This document shows positions 1 to 11,600 of a stretch of DNA of 64,000 bases, one piece after another. The stretch's first letter is position 1, and each line of letters opens with the position of its first letter. Under the pieces are notes generated by a model, which saw only the letters and a list, made by a program, of their open reading frames with translations, did not search any database and was not told the DNA's origin. Source of the stretch: Lama guanicoe (taxonomy: Eukaryota); contig MU053758.1 of assembly GCA_013239625.1 (NCBI GenBank), positions 868,001-932,000 on the forward strand. The letters are read 5' to 3'. The position numbers were made by a program, and so were the translations under genes.

Positions 1-252
1 ATGATTTCATTTGCAGAACATTGTTAAAAAGTCAAAACTATAGATAGAAAAATAGATCAGTGGTTGCCAGGGCCAGGATGAAGGGAGTACACTGACTGCA
101 AATGGGCACAAGGGAACTTTGTGGAGTGATGGAAATATTCTGTATCTTGATTTGGTAATTATTATACAAATATATAATGTATTTTTTTCAAAATTCATTA
201 AACTGTACATTTTAAAAGAATTCTATTTTATGTAAATGGTATCTCAATAAAA
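1..252 (+). mobile_element. Old L1 (L1MC/L1ME-type) 3' UTR end
   Basis: Typical old-L1 3' motifs: agatcagtggttgccagg, gggcacaagggaactttgtggagtgatggaaatattctgtatcttgat, ending ...tatctcaataaaa. Truncated by the window start. Confidence 0.85.
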
Positions 253-1404
253 TATTCAAAATCAAATATATAAAATACATTTTCCAGAACCCTTTTTGAT
301 TTGTCTGGCTTCTGTGAATAAGCCTCTTGTTATTGCTGAAGGTCATGTCTTTCTAGAACCAAGGGATATACGAGTTCTTTGTCACATGTATATCCTCTTA
401 TATATCTTCCATCTTCTGGTAAAACTATAACAACAGGGCCCCAGGGGGATAAAGATAGCAAAAGGGACCCTGAGTTAAATATTGGTCTTAGAAGACAAGC
501 TCCCAGAAGGAACTGTAAGCCCAAAAGAGAGGGACTTAAGGAAAGTGAAGCTGGCCCAGGCTACAGAGAGAGGAAGACGGAGACCAGAGTGTTGGCTGGC
601 CCTAGGAAAGGAGGAGGGGATGAGGTGGCCTTGTTGGGGAAAGGGAAGCTGAGAGAGTGAGATGAAATGTACCTCTTAAGGTGTCACAGCTCTCAAATTA
701 ACATGTTTACACATTCATGACACCCAAGTGGCTTCAATTTCTCGGCAGTGGAATTTCTCACATAATTAAGTTTTTAGAAAAAAATTCATTTTTTGCCATT
801 AAAAAACCTGACAAATGGTCCACATGTATCATTTGGACACAGGTCACATTACCCAGATAATGAAGTCTTTCATGTAAAATTTCCAGTAGATTTTTAACAT
901 GCAAAAGTCCTCCCCATATGTTATCCTGCATTGATCTGATTGGAGCTGTTAGTGTCTAGTGGATCAATGATCAGCAAACTAAAAAGTCACTTAGTGACTA
1001 TGACACTCATGGCAGTGTTAGAATCTATTGTGTCAGGAATTCTTGTTTTATTAACTCTGTAATTGCCTGTTCAGCTGAACCGGTGAATTTTATTACACAT
1101 TTCCTTTCACCTGAACAAGACCTTTGCACTGCTACCAGTGCCCTGAGGATGCTCCATTTTTTCTCTGCTCCATGTCTTTCTCAAATGCCCTATGGCTTTA
1201 CTGCCATCTGTTTAGGCAGAGACGTGTGTGGGAAGGAGGGCTTTAAGAATACCACCGCTTTGCTCTGAAGCTGTTAAGCGGCCCCACCCTGCAGCAGGTT
1301 TGCCTCCATTGGGACACTTAGGCCTTGAGAAGAAAAAAGTCGACAGTGCAACTCTGCTTGCTATGTGTTGGTGTTTCTCTAAACAAGGACCATAATGCCA
1401 GGTG

Positions 1405-1547
1405 GCATGGGAATTAACAGCATTCACTTTGGAGGCAGGTCCAGGGCGGACTCCTGGCTCTGCCAGTTGTCAAGTTAAATAAACTCTCTCAGCCTCAGTT
1501 GCCTTGTGTGTAATGGGGGAGGACAGGAATAGTTCCTCCCTCATAGT
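1405..1547 (+). mobile_element. MIR SINE fragment
   Basis: ctcctggctctgcca...ctctctcagcctcagttgccttgtgtgtaatgggg...cctccctcatag resembles the MIR core. Confidence 0.7.
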
Positions 1548-1559
1548 AACACATGGATG

Positions 1560-1985
1560 TCTTGCCAGCACCTCAGATTCAACATGCCTGACACTTCCTT
1601 CCCTCTGACACATCCCTGTGCCTCTTCTACTTTCTCTTGGAAAATGGTACAATCTTCTTTGACCAACCAGTGCTCTTGCTCATCCCATCCCAACATCCAG
1701 CAGTCACCACATCCTATCAACTTGCCTCCTAAATGTTTCTCTGATACATCCATTACTCTTCATCCCCACCGTCTCTGCCCAAGCCCATGCCATTACCATT
1801 TCTCATCTGGACTACTAATCATTCAACTGGACTTCCCAAAATCACTCTTAGCTTCTTTTAATAAGGTTACCATGCTGCCATTATTCAATGATTTCTGTTA
1901 TCCTTAGAATTGAATTCAACATCACTAACACATCCAAAAAGACTCTGTATGATTTCATTCTTTTCTCCACCCTCATGTCACTCCT
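1560..1985 (+). mobile_element. L2 LINE fragment
   Basis: Pyrimidine-rich L2 motifs: catccagcagtcaccacatcctatcaacttgcctcctaaatg and catttctcatctggactact. Confidence 0.75.
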
Positions 1986-2027
1986 CTTGGGTATTGTTGT
2001 ACTAGGATTTATTCATGTAACTTACAT

Positions 2028-2290
2028 TTCCATTTATTCAGTCATTCAGCTAACATTTATTGAGCATTTAGTGTGTCAGGCATAGTGCAAGTGCTGAGAA
2101 TATGAAAGGAAAAGGGTCCCTGCCTAGGATGAGTTCAATGCCTAATGGGGGATAGAGATACAAGAAAACGATTTAAAACTGCAAAATGTAATAGAGCAGA
2201 GAGAGTGATTAGCTTTGTGTTTGACACAGCAGAGGAACCTCTGCAATGACAGTGACGATATTATGTCTGGGAGGATAAACAGGAGGGTGT
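2028..2290 (-). mobile_element. L2 3' end
   Basis: cattcagctaacatttattgagcatttagtgtgtcaggcatagtgc...gtccctgcc is the reverse complement of the L2 terminus. Confidence 0.75.
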
Positions 2291-3624
2291 GGGTGTGTGC
2301 GTGTGTGTGAGTGTGTGATTTTTAGTTAGATTTTTCATGCCAGAAAATATTTTAGGAGTATAATACAAACCCAAAGCAGAATTGTTGTAGAGGGTGCATA
2401 ATAGTTTCCCACATCATTGTAATATAATCACCACTAGCTATTGATAATTTCTGTCAGAACAAATAAAGCTGATGATACATCCCCTTTTTTTCATGAAAAG
2501 TACTTTTCTGTCACCTTTGTTAAAAAATCTTTCCACTTGTTTGTCAGGCCAAATCTCCAGATACTCATTTTTTTTAAGTATGTATCCCAGAAAATTTAAA
2601 AAGCTGTTGATTGTACCAAATGGTCAAAATCAACCTAAAAGGAAATCAATTCAACATCTTCAGATTTTGAGTCTTTTTAACTGACTTTTTCACAAGAATG
2701 CACCATATACTCATCATGTAAATCAGACCTTCTTTAAAATTTAATTTCAGTACAGAAGACTTAGACTATCCACAAATGACAGAAGACCTGTCACTTTAAG
2801 GCTCTGTGGCCTGCCTAAAGCACAGACTGGTATGAAATATCTAGTTTTCTAGAAATGCAACTTTAATACTCAGTTGCTACTGAATGTTCATTTGATAAAT
2901 TTAAATAACAATTTCCTTTAAAATTTGGTCTTCTGATTATATTTTATTTTTTAACTTTTGGATAATCAAAAGCATTCTCTTAATTTTTGCAAAATGCATT
3001 ATGCAAATGAGATAATTTCTATAATGTAAAATAAATATCCTTAAAAGAGAAACTTAAATTCCTTTTTATGCCTGTGATGCTTATTGACCGTATTATTCTT
3101 CAGACATTTCATGGAAGCATTTTTAACCATAGGGAAACTGATTCAAAGCCACAGACACTATTTCGATTGCTAGAAATAATACCCTGCCTAAAGTCTATCA
3201 CTTAACGATCTCAATTAACTTATTATTGCATAAGGTATTTTAGTGTTCTTAGTTTTAAGCTCAGTGTCTGAGATACAAAGAAATGCATGCAACTAGCTCA
3301 ATCTGTGCTTCTGAAAGAAGCATTTATCAATTAAGCAAAATTGAATTACTTCTAAGGCCTCTGAAAGTACTGATGACACCTCAGTTGTGAAGAGCAATGG
3401 GAACATTACTCTCTGTTTCCATTGGCTAAAGAATAAGAAATAAGAAGAGTTGCCTGACCCAGGGTAAAGTTGACCTAGAACTCTATAGACTGTTTCATTT
3501 GAAATGATTAGGAAAGTACAGTGTATAGAACAAAAGAAATTAAGCTGAAAAATATAAACCATAAGTTAAGAGACCTCATCATTATAGCAACATCACCTCT
3601 TCTGCTTCCTAATTCTTCCTTAAA

Positions 3625-4100
3625 ATGTGCCTACTGGTGTAGACTCTGAAGATATAAAGATGAATAAGACCCAGTCCCTGCCTTCAAGGAACTAATAATC
3701 CAGTGGAAAACAGATGTGTACAGCTAACCCTAATCATTGAGATATATTAGTGTTTCAGCAAAGTGCTAAGTGGAGGGAGAACAAAATAAATTAATTCTGC
3801 CCAAGGGAATTAGGGAAGACTTCACAGAGGAGGTGATATTTAGCTGAGTCTTGAAGGAGGAGTAAGATTTAACCAAGTAAAGAAGGAAAGTAGAGATATT
3901 TGGAATTAGAAAATAACAGGAAACAAAAGCAAGTTGTATGAAAATACTTGGCATGTTGGAGAATATGATAGGGAGAATGGCTGGGGGGGTAGTTTAGGGT
4001 TAGTTGTGAGGAATGTGGATACTCCTTTTGATCCACTCTTGTTACCTCCTGTTAATAGTTTAGACTTTATTTTCTAAGACATTGGGGAGCAATCAACCTT
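3625..4100 (-). mobile_element. L2 fragment
   Basis: agatgaataagacccagtccctgccttcaagga and agggaattagggaagacttcacagaggaggtgatatttagctgagtcttgaagga. Confidence 0.8.
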
Positions 4101-4366
4101 AGTATTTTGTGGTGGGCATGTTTCACTGTTTGGCCATCTGCAGCCAACTCCTCACCCTTCCTGTCAACTCTCCTATCCCTTTTTGTGTTACCACCTATTA
4201 TGTGTGATATTAGTAAGATGGTCCCCTTCCACTATCAGATCCGTCTTCAGCAAAATCTGGTGCTGCCAAGGTCATTTGGCTTGACCAAGTGAACTCTCCT
4301 CTTTGAAGACTTTGAATCTTGGTCCAGTGATACGAAGATGTGAGCACATCTGGCAGTTACGTTCAT

Positions 4367-4424
<58 letters not shown>
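4367..4424. repeat. (CAG/AGC)n trinucleotide microsatellite, 18 perfect CAG units (4369-4422)
   Basis: Read directly from the sequence; flanked by tag and caa. Confidence 0.98.
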
Positions 4425-4426
<2 letters not shown>

Positions 4427-4689
4427 TATAGTTGGTGTATTGTGGGATTTTTGTTGTGGTTTCTGTCCTCTTGTGTTTCCCCTGATTCCAGCCTTGAATC
4501 ACTTTCTGGCTTGCAGTGAAGAACCCTGGCTGAATGGTATCCCAAAGCAAATTCATCATTCAAGTGCAAGGAGTTACACAATTGGGAAATTAGGACTATA
4601 AGTTCAGAACTTTAAATGATAGACTGTTCAGAGCTGGAGATGGGTTTGAGATCCCTTATTTCAAAGCCCAAGAGATAGATCACCCTGTG

Positions 4690-5310
4690 AGAAACTATAG
4701 AGGAAGAAAACAAGAGGACAGAGATGATACTGTGGGAGTTGCTAACATCTGAAAAGCAGACAGAGGAGATAGCAAAGATGCACTAAAAGGATACCAGAGA
4801 GTCAGAAGGAGAACCCAGGGAGGAAATAATCTCAAGGAGGCACCAGAAATATCACATATTACATAGAGATCAGACAGAATAGGTTCTGAGAAGAAGTCAT
4901 TGGGATGGGCAATCAGTAGGTTATTTGGTACTTTGAAAGAAGAGGTTTAGAGTAGCTTTTCAGGTAGGAGCCAAATTCCTGTGGTTAAGGAAATAATGGA
5001 GGTGACAAGTGGAAGCAGCAGTGTAGACTATTTTAACTGAAAGTCTAGTGAAGTGATAAGGGATGAAGTAGCAGCAAAGGATTTAGGGTTAAAAGAGGAC
5101 TTTTTCCTCTAGAGAAAAACTGAGCCTTCTCAGGCAGAAGAGCTTGTGGAGGAAGAGAGACTGAAAATGTTAGGTGGCAGAGGGATAAATGATCGAACAT
5201 TTTCTTAGAGAAGAAAGTAGGCGATGGAAACTGTAACAAGGTGGAACAGTTAGCCTTGGAAGGGGGTTGACTCTCTTCCTCTCTGAAGACAGGACAGGAA
5301 GAGGTAAAAT
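4690..5310 (-). mobile_element. Degraded L2 fragment
   Basis: Purine-rich, with antisense L2-like motifs (ctgagaagaagtcattgggatgggcaatcagtaggttatttggtactttg; gcagtgtagactatttt). Confidence 0.6.
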
Positions 5311-5317
5311 GCAAATT

Positions 5318-5475
5318 AAAATCACCTGAGTTCTTATTAAACATGGTGAGTCCTCAGGCCTATCCTAGACTTAGTCAAAATATGAATCAGAGTATCAGAG
5401 GACAGGGCTCCTGAATGTCCGTTATTAACAAACTACAGGTGACAGTTACGCATACTAAAACTTAAGAATCACTAA
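5318..5475. mobile_element. MER5-like hAT-Charlie MITE remnant
   Basis: aatcacctgag...tgaatcagagtatc...taacaaactacaggtgac...aaacttaagaatcact matches MER5 architecture. Confidence 0.6.
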
Positions 5476-5974
5476 TAGAGATAATACAGAAGTGGAAATG
5501 GAGTTGGAGCTGAAGAGTGTTAAAAGTTTGGTACAGCACCCTGTGGGAAACAAGAAATAGAACCTAGCAAAAATGAATTAAGGGAATCCTGAAGAACACT
5601 AAGAACCTACCTGAGGTTAAAATAACAAACAAATTTAAAGATGTCAGTTACCTGAAGTGTTCTGTTTCTTTCTTCTGTCCTTGGTGGCCCAGGAGGAGTG
5701 AAAAAGCAAATGTTCAGATTGATCCAAGAGGCTGGGAATGGCACAGTGAGTGTGGTAGATCTCAAGGAGACAAAGGATTGAGGTGATTGACCTTGGGGTC
5801 TAGGCTGAGTAGGCAGGAAGGTGAAATGGTTCTAGAGTGAAGTAGAAACAAACAGAAGCTCCATTCCAAGTAGGTTGGCTGACTTGAAGGAGTGTGGTTG
5901 GTTCCACCAAATTCCAAGCTGCTCTTTAATGGTAGATAACAATCAAAACTGAACAAACCTCCTATACTTTACAC

Positions 5975-6350
5975 TTGCTGCCTTGATCATTATGGTGAAA
6001 AATTGGAAACAACCTAAGTGTCCATCAATGGGAGATTTGTTAAATAAATGATGATGTATCCAAATTAGGCATAGTTTGTAATCATTAAACACAGTGACAA
6101 CAGTCTACTTATTTTGGAAAAATAGTCATGACATTTTAGAAGGTGAAAAGCATGTATAAAACATCATATAAAGAACAATTTGAGTTTCCTAAAATTTCTT
6201 GTATATATGTGAGCACATGTGCATATGCAAAGGAGATATCTGAAAGAAAGGTCGCAAATGGTGATTTTTATTTATATTTTCTATATTGTTTAAATGCTTA
6301 CTGTGTGTTTCTATTATTTTAGGGCTCAGAAAATATAGTTAAGTTGTTTT
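5975..6350 (+). mobile_element. Old L1 fragment (ORF2 end / 3' UTR)
   Basis: aaaaattggaaacaacctaagtgtccatcaatgggag (WKQPKCPS motif), followed by a degraded 3' UTR. Confidence 0.8.
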
Positions 6351-6739
6351 TTATTTTAGTAGTACAAAGTGTTCGAAACTCCCAAATTACTTACGTTCCC
6401 TCCCCACCAGTCAAAACTTTATGTCAGTGTGGCATATCTCAGCTAGAGGTAGGAGCTGCGCTGATTGAATTAATTTGTACCAATCTGTGAGTGATTAGTG
6501 TCTCCATTCAAAACATACTTATTTTCTCAAAACATAAATCTCTAAATGATAGTCAAGGTAGGGGAACACTGAAGTACAATAATTTGGACAGTGTGGGTTA
6601 AGGTAATTTTGGACAAGAATATGACCCCATTAACAGATTAACCCTGACTGAGAATCTATATCCCTCAGGGCTATCTTCCTGAAACTCTTCCCATTTGCAC
6701 AACATTCTCTAGTTCTGTTATAGATGGATGCTTGTTACA

Positions 6740-7270
6740 CACAGAAGTTATGTTTTTATTTTGTTTTTTAACTCGGTCCTGTTGATTTACTTATTCTGTT
6801 ATTTCTAACTTAGACTGTACTATTTTTATCTCCAGACATGTGGTAAACATTCTATTCTCTCCTGGTTTTCTATAATTCAGGTTCTATATATTTATATTTA
6901 ATTCAGGTGGAATTTATTTTGATATCTAGTGTGAGATGAAAATCTAAATTGATTTTATTCCAAATTGCTACTTTTCTCAAAATCATTTATTGAGTCACCC
7001 TCTTTTACTTGTGTACCTTATCATATATTAATTTATTATGTCTAAAAGGAGCTCTTTATTCTGTCGTATTGATCTCAGTATTTTTGCACCAGTTATAGGA
7101 CTTGTATTAGCTCTGTAATGTTTTAATTATTGTTCTGCGTCTGTCATTACTTTCCTTTTTCAAAATGCTATTTTCCCCCTTTTATTTTTCCTGTAGATTT
7201 TAGAATTATTTTTGTCAAGTGCCTTACGAATCCTATTGTGGTTTTAGTCCATATAGCAGTAAACTTAAAT
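6740..7270 (-). mobile_element. Old L1 ORF2 fragment
   Basis: T-rich antisense L1 motifs: ggaatttattttgatatctagtgtgagatg, catttattga, gattttagaattatttttgtcaag. Confidence 0.65.
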
Positions 7271-10200
7271 CTTGACTTGAATCTCTTCACTTCATACCAA
7301 CAAATTATTTTCAGTCTCCTAAGTATTTTCCTCAGAAGCTCCCAGTCACAGCAGTAGCAATGGATATATATTGTATGTGTTAACTCAGAGGTTTCTAAGG
7401 CAGGGATTGCCTATTTTCATGTAAAATTTATGCATTAGAAACCTGACATTTGGGGCCATTATTAAGCACCTACTGCATAATTGTAATGCAGATTGTTGTT
7501 TTTTTAAAGTAGTCCTTTGTCTTATTATTTCAGTCTGCCACTCTGAACTTTAGCGACTAATTGTTAGGTTATCCAGGACCAATATGCTTTGCATTCTCCT
7601 CCCATTTTTATAATTGGCTTATTGTATTAGGTTGGAGACGTTTTCAAGTTTTCTTTTCTGAAACTCTACAGAGTAATATCTATCTTTCAAGGATTCATTT
7701 TGTAAAGGATTCCAAACCCTAGAATGATTATTACCTTAACTACCTATAGGATCTCAGGGAAGTCACTTAGAATTCTCTGATCTTAAACTTTCTCATCTAT
7801 ACAATGGGCATAATAAATACATTCATGAGGTAGTAATGTAAGTGTACTTATAAACAGTCTCTCTTTATTCACTCAAGAAATAGTGTGCCTTTCCATCTCT
7901 CCGTTCCCTCCATTTATCTGTCAATATCTATTCTGTCAGTCCTCCCTGCCCTTGTTTCCATAATTACCTTCCTGAGGGAGTTCCTAAATTTCTCTTATGG
8001 CTTGATACTTAACACCAAATGGGGAAAGACTAGAAACAGAGCAAATAATTTTGTAAGCAATCCAGTATTATATTGATATTAAATTAATCACAATCATTTT
8101 AATAATATCAAACAAAGCTAAACCAGTGTTCATACTCATCCTTTAGAAAAATAAGCAAGGTTTAGTAAATTATCATCTTCTAAGTTGTTAATGATTAATA
8201 TAGGGTAATAATTTGGGTGTCAATCTTAACAACTTATATATAGAATGTCTATTAGTACCAAGTAGTAATTCTAAGTGTAAGTACTCATCATCTCACATTA
8301 GAGCCAAAATTGTTGATTAAATGGGCATGTTCAACATTAAAGTCTGCGTGTGTGTTTAATTAAAATTGATTTTGGAAGAATTCTCCAACTATTGCTTCTT
8401 AGGCTCGATATTATTTTCTCATCGTGAATACTAAGTAAAATTAGGCATTGTTTAGGTTAAACTGTATATGTTGAGAAGTATTTAATTTTATTTTTTTCTA
8501 AGGCCTAATATCTTATGTATTTACTTTATATCTTAATTTCATTTTATCCTAGGGAAGACTTATTAGTGTTTGTAATTCAAAGGTTGAAATTTTATCTAAA
8601 GAAGATCCTTGATGTTATAGAGCCCTGAGTATGGGCAGAGATTTGGAAAACAAATTTGAGAAATATAATTCTTTGATTGCTCTCCATCATATTTTTTTCT
8701 TGGTAAAATGATATTCAGTGTGCTAATCCTTTCATCTGCTATGTTCTCTGAGGGCTTTCCATAGAGCAGAGCAGTGAAAGCATTATATGGTTAGTGTTAG
8801 TTAGAAGAAAGACAATTTCATGTATATTTCAACACTTCTACTTCATCCACTTAAGAATTCTAGTAATTATAAGGTAGAAATATTATTCTTAATTTAAGAA
8901 CAGAAAGAGAAGAGGGATATAATAAGAAGAAACCAGAATTTTTAAAATTTAGTTGATTTCTAGCTATAGACCTGATTTCTCAGACTAACAGTTTCAATAC
9001 TATATTTATTGATATACATGGCATAAGCAAAAACCATCCACCTGTTTGGATAGGTGGAAACTACCTCTAAGTAAGAAAGAAATTCCTTTCTGACGCAAAT
9101 GCTCTCTGCCTTTGAAAGCTAAGTAGAAATATGCAGCATGGTGTTTGCATCAGTCCATCATTTACCTGAAGACCTCCTCGAGTCTATCTTATAAAGTCTA
9201 TTGTTTTTGGTAAATACTTTGGTTGACTAAACCAGGTATGTTTTGTTTTTGTTTTAGCTTTTTTTAGATTGTCCCTAAAATACTTCCAGCTCACTCACAG
9301 GTTAATAATCACACTATGATGTCAGCCAAATCAAGTACTGACAAGGAAATGGGAGCCCTGTTCAAGGGAGAGATGAGTAAATATCCCAAGAGAGGAATCA
9401 AACAGCAAGCAGTCAGTTTTCATAAAGAGAAAAGTCACTAAGCTAAAGAAAAGAGGTTTTTTTAAAAAAATAAGTTTAACTGGAAACTTGAACAATCCAA
9501 AAAGATGTGCAGATGGTAAGATTCTAATGGAAGAGGCATTTGGGAGTATGGCCAGCATGTCCCACCTGCCACAGGAGTTTGACTTTGGGCAGATGCAACT
9601 GCCTAGCTTGAGAGAAAAAAGTGAAAAGGCTACAGTCCAAGTGAGCTAGACACACGTCTAGCCAGAGTGCTCTTCCTCAGTCAGTCACACTGCTAATGGC
9701 AACAACACTAGAATAAAATGGGAAAAAACAGTGTGCTGACTTTTAACTATGGTGTCAATATACCTAAAAAATAATTTGAGGTTTTGCGTGCCTTTTCTGA
9801 ATAGAAAGTAACCACACACCAGTTTCATAGATTTCTTGCTAATAAAAGTCTCCTCGTTTGTTAGAAGCCAACTTCATTTTAGAGTCCTTTGGAACTGACT
9901 TTCCAAATTAAAACTGGATCCAGGTACTTTTGCTCTTTAATGGATTGGGATCCATTAAATCCCACCACAGACAAACCCTATAAAGTGTATGTATTGTTTC
10001 AAATAGCTGGAGAAGAGAGCAGCTTTCCCCATCACTCACCGGAGCCGTGGTTCACCCCGGTAGAGTCATGTTTTCAGTAGGGTTCCTGTGGGAGACCTGT
10101 TTGTGAAAGTGGCATTTGTGATTCAGACTTCAGCTCCCCATGCCAGCTTCGGAAAGTCAAACAGATGTTTCCTCGTTTACTGCAGCATAGCTCATCACTT

Positions 10201-11088
10201 ATCCCAAGAGGAAAATCAGAAGAGGCTGGGGACAAGCGCGATTCTGTCAGCCAAGCCACAGGAAAATGGAGATTGAGAGAGGGCTTACTTGTGTGTGTGT
10301 TTGTGTGTGTTCTAAATCTGATGAAATGTGAGGTTAAACTTTGCTTTATTTAAAGATAGGAAGATTCATCTGTACAGAGTTTTACCCTCTGCCTAAATTT
10401 CCTTTTTTTAAACTTTCTTTTCTCTCCCCTCTTCCTGGCAAAGTACAGTATCTTTGATGGGTCTCTTTGGAATATAATCTTTGTGCTCTTCTGTTTTGCT
10501 TTGGATTAATAGATTGTTTGAGAGCAAAGCTTAGTTCCTAATTTGTTCTGCAAGAGCAGTAAGACCAAAAGTTATTTCCTATTCACACACATCAAAACAC
10601 ATGCATACCAAAAAAAGAAAGAAAGAAAGAAAGAAAATGTATTTCGAATCTCGTACACCACAGTGATGTGGCCTGGGAATTATACTCATTAAATGGATTA
10701 CAAAGAAGTAGGTAGCATATAGTGGAAAATAATATTGCATTAAGCTTGAACTAACGTTGGGTAGGATGGTAAGTTTCATTTCTGATCCATATATTAAAAA
10801 AGTAATAGTGCTGATTTTCAAGATCAAATCAAATCAAATTGTTTTAGAAAAGTACCCAAAAAATCACTTTTAAGCATTCCCATGTTTTTTGTTTTAGACA
10901 CACATTAGGTAGAATCTTGCTTAATTGTAGTCTAGGGTCAGATTTTTAAGTAGGATTTTTTGGAAAAATTATCTGATGTCTCTTTGCTTGGAATGAATTT
11001 CTTTAGCCCCAGGGCTTAGGCCAGTCGAAGGGTTGTGGCTGGTTTAGAAGTTTCTCCTTGGATGTACATCTCTGTCTGTCCCTTTCAG

Positions 11089-11600
11089 ACGGTCGTTTGC
11101 TCTCCTCTCTTAGTCTGTGCAAATGCAGAGTGGTGTCTGTGTTTCAAGAAAAGAATGTGTGTTGAAAGAACTAATGGTCCGACTGTCCATCAGACTGGGC
11201 AGCAATGGAGGTCATCTGGCGGTCAAAACCAAATAATTTCAGCCTGTTCCTAAAGCCCCTGAAGCTGTTGACTCGATGACTGGCGTTCACTGCCTCTTGT
11301 TGCTTCTGTATCCTCTGAAACCTGGGAGTTTTATATTTGGAGACAAGAACGTACATATTTTCTCCCTAGCAACTGTGTTTACACAGTGCCTGCCATTCAG
11401 CGTTGGCTCAGGTTAGTTTGGCTGAAGTATACAATTAGTGCTCCTTGATACACGTCTGCCCTGAATAGACAATAGACCAGATTCTAAACCTAGACACTCC
11501 CAAAATATTGGAAGAGTCTGAATATTTGTGCTTGTTTGGAGTGTGTTGTTGTGTAGACATTTTAGATATTTAAAAATAAAAAATATTTTCTCTTTTATAA
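11089..11600 (+). other. Candidate 3'-terminal exon of an unidentified gene or lncRNA
   Basis: Acceptor tctctgtctgtccctttcag|ACG (11088|11089). All three frames stop by 11253. TGTA at 11552, AATAAA at 11575-11580, GU-rich element at 11608-11623. No transcript evidence available. Confidence 0.35.

Noticed and set aside
4272..4559. Poly-Cys ORF (or poly-Gln on +)
   Set aside because: Artefact of the CAG/CTG microsatellite. There is no splice or homology support, and the CAG frame is immediately preceded by a stop (tag).
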